NCBI GenBank assembly: GCA_965200965.1
Contig: OZ241744.1
Span: 256,001-320,000 of the forward strand
Direction: 5' to 3'
Source of the DNA: an uncultured Candidatus Binatia bacterium
GTDB lineage: Bacteria; Desulfobacterota; Binatia; Bin18
DNA: 64,000 nt
Part shown: positions 28,149-37,679 of the stretch, one piece after another
Layout: every line of letters starts with the position of its first letter
Numbering within the stretch: the first letter of the stretch is position 1
The notes under the pieces: generated by a model
Told to the model about the DNA's origin: nothing
Database searches by the model: none
What the model saw: the letters and a program-made list of their open reading frames with translations, nothing else
Position numbers and translations under genes: made by a program

Positions 28149-30281
28149 TGAGGGACTCCCGGCAGGGGCCGCCCCGCCCCGCCTCGCTCCGGCAACGCCA
28201 CGTCCACCGCCCAGCCCCCGCCCGCCTCAGCGACCTGCCCGGTGCGGAGACGCGCCAGAGGATAGGAGGGCAGTTGTACCGTCGCCAGACACTTGTCAGC
28301 AAACCGCGCCGCCTGCTGTACATGCGAAATGTCATGCCGCCACCAGTCAAAACCGAAATCCAGGACCGCAAACCCCAAGGACCGCCGCGCAGCGGCCAGC
28401 ACCCCCCGGTCCCGGGGGAAGACCTCCAGGAAGAAGCGCCCCCGCGTGTCCGCCGGCTGACACCCCGCTTTGACATACGTCAGGGTCCGCCCCTCCAGGT
28501 ACAGGGCAAAGGCAGAGCGGGCCACCGGCGGGGCCGCCACCACCGCCCGGTACCGCGCCTCAAGCAGGTCGGTCGCACGCACGCCAGCAGCCGACCACGC
28601 CAGGGCAACGTGCCAGCGATCCACGCCATCGGGGGCGACCAGGCGGGCTTCAAGCGTTTGGATCGCATAGGGAGGCAGCGGGGGCCGGAGCAGACACGTC
28701 CCGTCAAAGTGGACCCCGTAATCGAAAAAGTCGAAATGCAGGATTTCAATGCCTGGCCCCGGCCGCCACCCGGGGCGGTCGGCAGCGGCAGCGGGGTCCA
28801 CGGGCAGGACATAGACCACGAAGCGCCCCCGCACATCGTCCACGCGGCAGGGGGCCTTCGCCCAGCCCAAGGTGGCCCCGTCCAGGTACAGGTCGAACTC
28901 TGAGCGGAGGAGAGGCGGCCCGGCGGTGGTGGCCCGGTAGAGTTGCCGGTAGCGCTCGGCGGTGGCCGCCAGCCGGTTGAAATAGAGGTGCTGGTAGGGA
29001 TGAAGCCCAACCATTTCGATGACCACGCCAGCCAGGCCAGCTACGGCCAGGCCATAGACACCGGCCCGCAGGGCCGGCCAGCGGCACACGCCGACCAGCC
29101 GCCGCAGACCGGCCACGGCCAGCAGACACAACGGGGCGTAGAGGAAATACATGTGCCGCCAGCCGTCGTAGACATTGGCATTGAGGACGATGACGGCCCC
29201 AACGGGCAGGAGCACACAGGCCACGAGCAGCCCCTCAAAGCGGATGGTGGGGTTGCGGAGCAACTCGCCGGGGTGCGTCAGAGTCTGCCAGAGCACACCA
29301 GCCGCCCCGATGAGGCTCAGCAGCAGCACGCCCGGCGGGGTGGTAATGGCCAGCCAGGTCGGAATGTAATGCGCCGGAAGGTCCGGCCAGCGGATGACCT
29401 CGCCTTGAAAGAGCATAGGAGGACGGCGAGGGTGCTGGGAGAGGACTGCAATCGCGTCAAGCAACTCCAAGGGATTGCCCCACAGATAGGGCGAGACCGC
29501 ATACAGCGTCAAGACACTGGCCAGCCCGAACACCCCCAGCGTCCTCCCCACCTGCCGCCGCTCCGCCCGACTCCCCGCCCGCACCCAATCCACCACCCGC
29601 ATCACCACCACCGCCACAAACAATCCCCCGCCCATGATGCGTAAGTTCGTTGCGACCCCCACCCCCACCCCACACAGCGCATACGCCCCCCCCCCCCCGC
29701 TGCCACGCCCGGTGAATCAGGGCCAGACAGCCCAGGAAGGCCACCAGGAAGGGAATGTCCTTGGCGTTGAAAAACGAGTGGGCATACAGCCGGGGATGGA
29801 GGACGAAGAGGCCGAGGGCCAGCAGGGCCAGCCAGCGGCTGCCGAACAACCGGGAGGCCAGCCAAGCCGCGCCCCCACCGCCGGCCAGAAAGCAGAGGTG
29901 GGTGAGGAGATGGCGGCTCAAGTAGATGGCGCGGCTGTCGGTGAGACCCAGCAGCCGCTCAACCAGGACCAGCGGCACTTCGAAGACAACGCCGTAGTAG
30001 CGGTTGTGGAGGGGACCGGTGTCGCGCAGGGTCTCGGTGTCGCCCAGCGCATAGGCGATTGCCGCTTGGCCTCTCCCACGTTGCGACCCCACGTTCCACG
30101 CCACCCCGTTCCTATATTCCCGATCCCCGTCCCACAACACCCCGTAATCGTCAAGAACGGCCAAGCCCACCACGGCCAGCACCGCCAGGGCCAGCAGGAC
30201 ACTGTGGCGGGCCACGAAGGCCACCGCCGCCGTGCCCCAGCCGGCCACGGACCGGGGAACGGAGGGACGCCCGCTGGTCAT
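28145..30281 (-). pseudogene. GT-C glycosyltransferase, copy 6: frameshift in poly-G tract, ~124-aa internal deletion and altered DE motif
   Basis: Split into ORFs 29457..30281 and 28145..29668. C13 at 29686-29698 replaces the usual C5-A-C9 (-2 nt). YFNRL is joined directly to AATAERY. Confidence 0.85.
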
Positions 30282-32752
30282 TGAGAGACTCCCGGCAGAG
30301 GCCGCCCAGCCCCGCCTCGCTCCGGCAACGCCACATCCACCGCCCAGCCCCGGCCCGCCTCAGCGACCTGCCCGGTGCGCAGCCGTGCCAGAGGATAGGC
30401 GGGCAGCCGTACCGTCGCCAGACACTTGTCAGCAAACCACGCCGCCTGCTGTACATGCGAAATGTCATGCCGCCACCAGTCAAAACCGAAATCCAGGACC
30501 GTAAACCCCAAGGACCGCCGCGCAGCGGCCAGCACCGCCCGGTCCCGGGGGAAGACATGCAGGAAGAAGCGCCCCTGCGTGTCCGCCCGCTGACACCCCG
30601 CTTTGACATACGTCAGGGTCCGCCCCTCCAGGTACAGGGCAAAGGCAGAGCGGGCCACCGGCGGGGCCGCCACCACCGCCCGGTACCGCGCCTCAAGCAG
30701 GTCGGTCGCACGCACGCCAGCAGCCGACCACGCCAGGGCAACGTGCCAGCGATCCACGCCCCCGGGGGCGATCTGGCGGGCTTCAAGCGTTTGGATCGCA
30801 TAGGGGGGCAGCGGATGCCGGATCAGACACGCCCCGTCAAGGTGGACCCCGTAATCGGAGAAGTCGAAATGCCGGATCTCACGGGCTGGCCCCGGCCGCC
30901 ACCCGAGGCGGTCGGCAGCGGCAGCGGGGTCCACGGGCATGACATAGACCACGAAGCGCCCCCGCACATCGGCCGGCCGGCAGGGGGCCTTCACCCAGGT
31001 CAGGGTGGTCCCGTCCAGGTGCAGGTCGAACGCCGAGCGGAGGAGGGGCGGCCTGTCTGTTGTGGTCCGGTAGAGCTGTTGGTAGCGCTCGGCGGTGGCC
31101 GCATCCACCAGGGCCGGGTCGATCGCGCTCACCGTGAGGATGGTGTTGTTGTAGACTTGGCGGGTGTAGACAATGGGCATGAAGGGGCGATCACGGCTGT
31201 CTCTCCACCCTCCGATCATACGACTGGTCAGAGAAAAGTCCCCCTCCTCCTCTATTCCGTCGGCGTAGACAATGCGACGCCGGGCTGCCTTGGGAAGGAT
31301 GTCCCGGTTCCTTATGTGATTGCCGGTGGGATGGCCAGCGGGACGGCTCGACGCCAGAGAGACAGGTGAAGTGGGATAGCGCTGGAGCAGATATTCCAGC
31401 CCCTCCCGGTACGTTGTCCCCCAGTAGTCCATGTCATACTGCCCACGCAGATACTCGGGCGTGTGCCGGTCCACCAGCCGGTTGAAATAGAGGTGCTGAT
31501 GGGGATGAAGCCCGACCATTTCGATGACCACGCCAGCCAGGCCAGCCACGGCCAAGCCATAGACACCGGCCCGCAGGGCGGGCCAGCGGCATACGCCAGC
31601 CAGCCGCCGCAGACCAGCCACGGCCAGCAGACACAGCGGGGCGTAGAGGAAATACATCTGCCGCCAGCCATTGTTGACATTGGCATTGAGGACGATGACG
31701 GCCCCAACGGGCAGGAGCACGCAGGCCACGAGCAGGCCCTCAAAGCGGGTGGTGGGGTTGCGGAGCCACTCGCCGGGGTGGGTCAGAGTCTGCCAGAGCA
31801 CGCCAGCCGCCCCGATGAGGCTCAGCAGCAACACGCCCGGCGGGGTGGTGATGGCCAGCCAGGTCGGAATGTAGTGCGCCGGAATGGCCGGCCAGCGGAT
31901 GACCTCGCCTTGAAAGAGCATAGGAGGACGGGTAGGGTGCTGGGAGAGGACTGCAATCGCGTCAAGCAGTTCCAGCGGATTGCCCCACAGATAGGGCGAG
32001 ACCGCATACAGCGTTAAGACACTGGCCAGCCCGAACACCCCCAGCGTCCTCCCCACCTGCCGCCGTTCCGCCCGACTCCCCGCCCGCACCCAATCCACCA
32101 CCCGCATCACCACCACCAGCACAAACAATCCCCCGCCCATGATGCGTAAGTTCGTTGCGACCCCCACCCCCACCCCACACAGCGCATACGCCCCCACCCC
32201 CCCCCGCTGCCACGCCCGATGAATCAGGGCCAGACAGCCCAGGAAGGCCACCAGGAAGGGAATGTCCTTGGTGTTGAAAAACGAGTGGGCATACAGCCGG
32301 GGATGGAGCACGAAGAGGCCGAGGGCCAGCAGGGCCAGCCAGCGGCTGCCGAACAGCCGGGAGGCCAGCCAGGCCGCGCCCCCGCCGCCAGCCAGAAAGC
32401 AGAGGTGGGTGAGCAGATGGCGGCTCAAGTAGATGGCACGGCTGTCGGTGAGACCCAGCAGCCGCTCAACCAGCACCAGCGGCACTTCGAAGACAACGCT
32501 GTAGTAGCGGTTGTGGGGGGGACCGGGGGGGCGCAGGGTCTCGGTGTCGCCCAGCGCATAGGCGATTACCGCCTGGCCGATCCCGTGTTGCTCCTCCTCG
32601 TCCCGCCCCACCCCGTAATCGTCAAGGACGGCCAGACCCACCACGGCCAGCACCGCCAGGGCCAGCAGGACACTGTGGCGGGCCACGAAGGCCACCGCCG
32701 CCGTGCCCCAGCCGGCCACGGACCGGGGAACGGAGGGACGCCCGCTTGTCAT
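30278..32752 (-). CDS. GT-C glycosyltransferase, copy 7, 2 C-terminal domains
   Basis: Paralogue with DDYGVGRDEEEQ. Confidence 0.85.
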   Translation of the reverse strand: MTSGRPSVPRSVAGWGTAAVAFVARHSVLLALAVLAVVGLAVLDDYGVGRDEEEQHGIGQAVIAYALGDTETLRPPGPPHNRYYSVVFEVPLVLVERLLGLTDSRAIYLSRHLLTHLCFLAGGGGAAWLASRLFGSRWLALLALGLFVLHPRLYAHSFFNTKDIPFLVAFLGCLALIHRAWQRGGVGAYALCGVGVGVATNLRIMGGGLFVLVVVMRVVDWVRAGSRAERRQVGRTLGVFGLASVLTLYAVSPYLWGNPLELLDAIAVLSQHPTRPPMLFQGEVIRWPAIPAHYIPTWLAITTPPGVLLLSLIGAAGVLWQTLTHPGEWLRNPTTRFEGLLVACVLLPVGAVIVLNANVNNGWRQMYFLYAPLCLLAVAGLRRLAGVCRWPALRAGVYGLAVAGLAGVVIEMVGLHPHQHLYFNRLVDRHTPEYLRGQYDMDYWGTTYREGLEYLLQRYPTSPVSLASSRPAGHPTGNHIRNRDILPKAARRRIVYADGIEEEGDFSLTSRMIGGWRDSRDRPFMPIVYTRQVYNNTILTVSAIDPALVDAATAERYQQLYRTTTDRPPLLRSAFDLHLDGTTLTWVKAPCRPADVRGRFVVYVMPVDPAAAADRLGWRPGPAREIRHFDFSDYGVHLDGACLIRHPLPPYAIQTLEARQIAPGGVDRWHVALAWSAAGVRATDLLEARYRAVVAAPPVARSAFALYLEGRTLTYVKAGCQRADTQGRFFLHVFPRDRAVLAAARRSLGFTVLDFGFDWWRHDISHVQQAAWFADKCLATVRLPAYPLARLRTGQVAEAGRGWAVDVALPERGGAGRPLPGVSQ

Positions 32753-35208
32753 TGAGAGACTCCCGGCAGAGGCCGCCCAGCCCCGCCTCGCTCCGGCAAC
32801 GCCACATCCACCGCCCAGCCCCGGCCCGCCTCAGCGACCTGCCCGGTGCGCAGCCGTGCCAGAGGATAGGCGGGCAGCCGTACCGTCGCCAGACACTTGT
32901 CAGCAAACCGCGCCGCCTGCTGTACATGCGAAATGTCATGCCGCCACCAGTCAAAACCGAAATCCAGGACCGCAAACCCCAAGGACCGCCGCGCAGCGGC
33001 CAGCACCCCCCGCTCCCGGGGAAAGACATGCAGGAAGAAGCGCCCTTGCGTGTCCGCCGGCTGACACCCCGCTTTGACATACGTCAGGGTCCGCCCCTCC
33101 AGGTACAGGGCAAAGGCAGAGCGGGCCACCGGCGGGGCCGCCACCACCGCCCGGTATTTCGCCTGAAGCAGGTCGGTGGCGCGCACGCCAGCAGCCGACC
33201 ACGCCAGGGCAACGTGCCAGCGATCCACACCCCCGGGGGTGATCAGGCGGGCTTCAAGCGTTTGGATCGCATAGGGGGGCAGCGGGTGCCGGAGCAGACA
33301 CGCTCCGTCAAGGCGGACCCCGTAATCGTAAAAGCCGAAATGCCATATCTCACGGCCTGGCCCCGGCCGCCACCCGGGGCGGTCGGCAGCGGCAGCGGGG
33401 TCCACGGGTATGATATGGACCACGAAGCGCCCCCACACATCGGCCAAGCGGCAGGGGGCCTTTACCCAGCTCAAGGTGGTCCCGTCCAGGTACAGGTCAA
33501 ACGCCGAGCGGAGCAGGGGCGGCCCGGCTGTTGCGGCCCGGTAGAACTGCCGGTAGCGCTCGACGGTGGCCGCATCTACCAGGGCCGGGTCGCTCGCGCT
33601 CACCGTGAGGATGGTGTTGTTGTAGACTTGGCGGGTGTAGACAACGGGTGCGAAGGGGCGATCAAAACTGTACCTGTGATCGGTCACATGAAAGTCTCCC
33701 TGCTCCTCCACTCCGTCGGCAAAGACGAGGCGACGCCGGTCCGCCTTGGGCAGGATAACCCGATTCATGGTGTAGTGGATGCCGGGACGGTCACTGGAAT
33801 GGCTCGGCACTAGAGAGACAGGTGAATTGGGATAGCGCTGGAGCAGATATTCCAGCCCCTCCCGGTACGCCATCCCCCAATACTCCATGTCATACTGCCC
33901 ACGCAGATACTCGGGCGTGTGCCGGTCCACCAGCCGGTTGAAATAGAGGTGCTGGTAGGGATGAAGCCCCACCATTTCGATGACCACGCCAGCCAGGCCA
34001 GCCACGGCCAGACCATAGACACCGGCCCGCAGGGCTGGCCAGCGGCACACGCCAGCCAGCCGCCGCAGACCAGCCACGGCCAGCAGACACAGCGGGGCAT
34101 AGAGGAAATACATCTGCCGCCAGCCATTGTAGACATTGGCATTGAGGACGATGACGGCCCCAACGGGCAGGAGCACACAGGCCACGAGCAGGCCCTCAAA
34201 GCGGGTGGTGGGGTTGCGGAGCCACTCGCCGGGGTGGGTCAGAGTCTGCCAGAGCACGCCAGCCGCCCCGATGAGGCTCAGCAGCAGCACGCCCGGCGGG
34301 GTGGTGATGGCCAGCCAGGTCGGAATGTAGTGCGCCGGAATGGCCGGCCAGCGGATGAGTTCGCCTTGAAAGAGCATAGTAGGACGGTAAGGGTGCTGGG
34401 AGAGGACTGCAATCGCGTCAAGCAGTTCCAAGGGATTGCCCCACAGATAGGGCGAGACCGCATACAGCGTCAAGACACTGGCCAGCCCGAACACCCCCAG
34501 TGTCCTCCCCACCTGCCGCCGCTCCGCCCGATTTCCCGCCCGCACCCAATCCACTACCCGCATCACCATCACCGCCACAAACAATCCCCCGCCCATGATG
34601 CGTAAGTTCGTTGCGACCCCCACCCCCACCCCACACAGCGCATACGCCCCCACCCCCCCCCGCTGCCACGCCCGGTGAATCAGGGCCAGACAGCCCAGGA
34701 AGGCCACCAGGAAGGGAATGTCCTTGGTGTTGAAAAACGAGTGGGCATACAGCCGGGGATGGAGGACGAAGAGGCCGAGGGCCAGCAGGGCCAGCCAGCG
34801 GCTGCCGAACAGCCGGGCGGCCAGCCAGGCCGCGCCCCCGCCGCCAGCCAGAAAGCACAGGTGGGTGAGCAGATGGCGGCTCAAGTAGATGGCGCGGCTG
34901 TCGGTGAGGCCGAGCAGCCGCTCAACCAGCACCAACGGCACTTCGAAGACAACGCCGTAGTAGCGGTTGTGGGGGGGACCGGGGGGGCGCAGGGTCTCGG
35001 TGTCGCCCAGCGCATAGGCGATTGCCGCTTGGCCTCTCCCACGTTGATACTCCTCGTCCACCGCCGCCCCGTAATCGTCAAGGACGGCCACGCCCACCAC
35101 GGCCAGCACCGCCAGGGCCAGCAGGACACTGTGGGCGGCCACGAAAGCCACCGCCGCTGTGCACCAGCGGGCCACGCCCCGCAGGACGGAGGGACGCCCG
35201 CTTGTCAT
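32749..35208 (-). CDS. GT-C glycosyltransferase, copy 8, 2 C-terminal domains
   Basis: Paralogue with DDYGAAVDEEYQ. Confidence 0.85.
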   Translation of the reverse strand: MTSGRPSVLRGVARWCTAAVAFVAAHSVLLALAVLAVVGVAVLDDYGAAVDEEYQRGRGQAAIAYALGDTETLRPPGPPHNRYYGVVFEVPLVLVERLLGLTDSRAIYLSRHLLTHLCFLAGGGGAAWLAARLFGSRWLALLALGLFVLHPRLYAHSFFNTKDIPFLVAFLGCLALIHRAWQRGGVGAYALCGVGVGVATNLRIMGGGLFVAVMVMRVVDWVRAGNRAERRQVGRTLGVFGLASVLTLYAVSPYLWGNPLELLDAIAVLSQHPYRPTMLFQGELIRWPAIPAHYIPTWLAITTPPGVLLLSLIGAAGVLWQTLTHPGEWLRNPTTRFEGLLVACVLLPVGAVIVLNANVYNGWRQMYFLYAPLCLLAVAGLRRLAGVCRWPALRAGVYGLAVAGLAGVVIEMVGLHPYQHLYFNRLVDRHTPEYLRGQYDMEYWGMAYREGLEYLLQRYPNSPVSLVPSHSSDRPGIHYTMNRVILPKADRRRLVFADGVEEQGDFHVTDHRYSFDRPFAPVVYTRQVYNNTILTVSASDPALVDAATVERYRQFYRAATAGPPLLRSAFDLYLDGTTLSWVKAPCRLADVWGRFVVHIIPVDPAAAADRPGWRPGPGREIWHFGFYDYGVRLDGACLLRHPLPPYAIQTLEARLITPGGVDRWHVALAWSAAGVRATDLLQAKYRAVVAAPPVARSAFALYLEGRTLTYVKAGCQPADTQGRFFLHVFPRERGVLAAARRSLGFAVLDFGFDWWRHDISHVQQAARFADKCLATVRLPAYPLARLRTGQVAEAGRGWAVDVALPERGGAGRPLPGVSQ

Positions 35209-37679
35209 TGAGGGACTCCCGGCAAGGGCCGCCCCGCCCCGCCTCGCCCCGGCAACGCCACGTCCACCGCCCAGCCCCGGCCCGCCTCAGCGACCTGCCC
35301 GGTGCGGAGCCGCGCCAGAGGATAGGAGGGCAGTTGTACCGTCGCCAGACACTTGTCAGCAAACCGCGCCGCCTGCTGCACATGCGAAATGTCGTGCCAC
35401 CACCATTGGAAGCCGAAATCCAGGACCGCAAACCCGGCTGGCCGCTGCGCAGCGGTCAGCACCGCCCGGTCCCGGGGGAAGACATGCAGGAAGAAGCGCC
35501 CCTGCGTGTCCGCCCGCTGACACCCCGCTTTGACATAGGTCAGGGTCCGCCCGTCCAGGTACAGGGCAAAGTCAGAGCGGGCCACCGGCGGGGCTGCCAC
35601 CACCGCCCGGTATGTCGCCTCAAGTAGGTCGGTCGCGGTCACGCCAGCAGCCGACCACGCCAGGGCGACGTGCCAGCGATCCACGCCCCCGGGGGCGACC
35701 AGGCGGGCTTCAAGGGTCCGGATCGCATAGGGGGGCAGTGTCCGCCGGATCAGACACGCCCCGTCAAGGCGGACCCCGTAATCGGAAAAGCCGAAGTTCA
35801 GGATTTCAATGCCTGGCCCCGACCGCCACGCAGGGCGGTCGGCAGCGGCAGCGGGGTCCACGGGCACGACATAGACCACGAAGCGCCCCCGCACGTCGGC
35901 CGGCCGGCAGGGCACCTTCACCCAGCTCAAGGTGGCCCCCTCCAGGTACAGGTCAAACGCCGAGCGGAGCAGGGGTGGCCCGGCGGTGGTGGCCCGGTAG
36001 AGTTGCCGGTAGCGCTCGGCGGTGGCCGCATCCACCAGGGCCGGGTCGCTCGCGCTCACCGTGAGGATGGTGTTGTTGTAGACTTGACGGGTGTAGACAA
36101 GGGGTGCGAAGGGGAGATCACGGCTCTTGTCCCACCCGCTGAACATGTGATCGGTCACATAAAAGTCCCCCTCCTCCTCCAGCCCGTCGGCGAAGACAAT
36201 GCGACGCCGGGCTGCCTTGGGAAGGCTGCCCCAGTTCCGTATTTGATAGGCGGTGGGACGGCCGCTGGGACGGTCCGGCACCAGGGAGACGGGTGAGGCG
36301 GGATAGCGCTGGAGCAGATATTCCAGCCCCTCCCGGTACGCCGTCCCCCAGCGTCCCTCGTCATACTGCCCACGCAGGTACTCGGGCGTGTGCCGGTCCA
36401 CCAGCCGGTTGAAATAGAGGTGCTGGTAGGGATGAAGCCCCACCATTTCGATGACCACGCCAGCCAAGCCAGCCACGGCCAAGCCATAGACACCGGCCCG
36501 CAGGGCGGGCCAGCGGCACATGCCAGCCAGCCGCCGCAGACCAGCCACGGCCAGCAGACACAACGGGGCGTAGAGGAAATACATGGGCCGCCAGCCGCCG
36601 TAGACATTGGTATTCAGGACGATGACGGCCCCAACGGGCAGGAGCACGCAGGCCACGAGCAGCCCCTCAAAGCGGGTGGTGGGGTTGCGGAGCAACTCGC
36701 CGGGGTGGGTCAGAGTCTGCCAGAGCACGCCAGCCGCCCCGATGAGGCTCAGCAGCAGTACGCCCGGCGGGGTGGTGATGGCCAAGCAGGTCGGAATGTA
36801 GTGCGCCGGAATGGCCGGCCAGCGGATGAGTTCGCCTTGAAAGATCATAATGGGGCGGAAAGGATACTGGGAGAAAACCTTGACCGCGTCAAGCAGCTCC
36901 AAGGGATTGCCCCACAGATAGGGCGAGACCGCATACAGCGTCAAGGCACTGGCCAGCCCGAACACCCCCAGCGTCCTCCCCACCTGCCGCCGCTCCGCCC
37001 GATTTCCCGCCCGCACCCAATCCACTACCCGCATCACCATCACCGCCACAAACAATCCCCCGCCCATGATGCGTAAGTTCGTTGCGACCCCCACCCCCAC
37101 CCCACACAGCGCATACGCCCCCACCCCCCCCCGCTGCCACGCCCGGTGAATCAGGGCCAGACAGCCCAGGAAGGCCACCAGGAAGGGAATGTCCTTGGTG
37201 TTGAAAAACGAGTGGGCATACAGCCGGGGATGGAGGACGAAGAGGCCGAGGGCCAGCAGGGCCAGCCAGCGGCTGCCGAACAGCCGGGAGGCCAGCCAGG
37301 CCGCGCCCCCGCCGCCGGCCAGAAAGCACAGGTGGGTGAGGAGATGGCGGCTCAAGTAGATGGCGCGGCTGTCGGTGAGACCCAGCAGCCGCTCAACCAG
37401 CACCAGCGGTACTTCGAAGACGACACCGTAGTAACGGTTCTGGGAGGGACCGGGGGGGTGCAGGGTCTCGGTGTCGCCCAGCGCATAGGCGATTGCCGTC
37501 TGGCCGATCCCGTGTTGCTGATCCTCGTCCGGCCCCACCCCGTAATCGTCAAGGACGGCCAGACCCACCACGGCCAGCACCGCCAGGGCCAGCAGGACAC
37601 TGTGAGCGGCCACGAAGGCCACCGCCGCCGTGGACCAGCGGGCCACGCCCCGCAGGACGGAGGGACGCCCGCTTGTCAT
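35205..37679 (-). CDS. GT-C glycosyltransferase, copy 9, 2 C-terminal domains
   Basis: Paralogue with DDYGVGPDEDQQ. Start set at MTSGRP (ATGA overlap with copy 10 stop) rather than 37823. Confidence 0.85.
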   Translation of the reverse strand: MTSGRPSVLRGVARWSTAAVAFVAAHSVLLALAVLAVVGLAVLDDYGVGPDEDQQHGIGQTAIAYALGDTETLHPPGPSQNRYYGVVFEVPLVLVERLLGLTDSRAIYLSRHLLTHLCFLAGGGGAAWLASRLFGSRWLALLALGLFVLHPRLYAHSFFNTKDIPFLVAFLGCLALIHRAWQRGGVGAYALCGVGVGVATNLRIMGGGLFVAVMVMRVVDWVRAGNRAERRQVGRTLGVFGLASALTLYAVSPYLWGNPLELLDAVKVFSQYPFRPIMIFQGELIRWPAIPAHYIPTCLAITTPPGVLLLSLIGAAGVLWQTLTHPGELLRNPTTRFEGLLVACVLLPVGAVIVLNTNVYGGWRPMYFLYAPLCLLAVAGLRRLAGMCRWPALRAGVYGLAVAGLAGVVIEMVGLHPYQHLYFNRLVDRHTPEYLRGQYDEGRWGTAYREGLEYLLQRYPASPVSLVPDRPSGRPTAYQIRNWGSLPKAARRRIVFADGLEEEGDFYVTDHMFSGWDKSRDLPFAPLVYTRQVYNNTILTVSASDPALVDAATAERYRQLYRATTAGPPLLRSAFDLYLEGATLSWVKVPCRPADVRGRFVVYVVPVDPAAAADRPAWRSGPGIEILNFGFSDYGVRLDGACLIRRTLPPYAIRTLEARLVAPGGVDRWHVALAWSAAGVTATDLLEATYRAVVAAPPVARSDFALYLDGRTLTYVKAGCQRADTQGRFFLHVFPRDRAVLTAAQRPAGFAVLDFGFQWWWHDISHVQQAARFADKCLATVQLPSYPLARLRTGQVAEAGRGWAVDVALPGRGGAGRPLPGVPQ

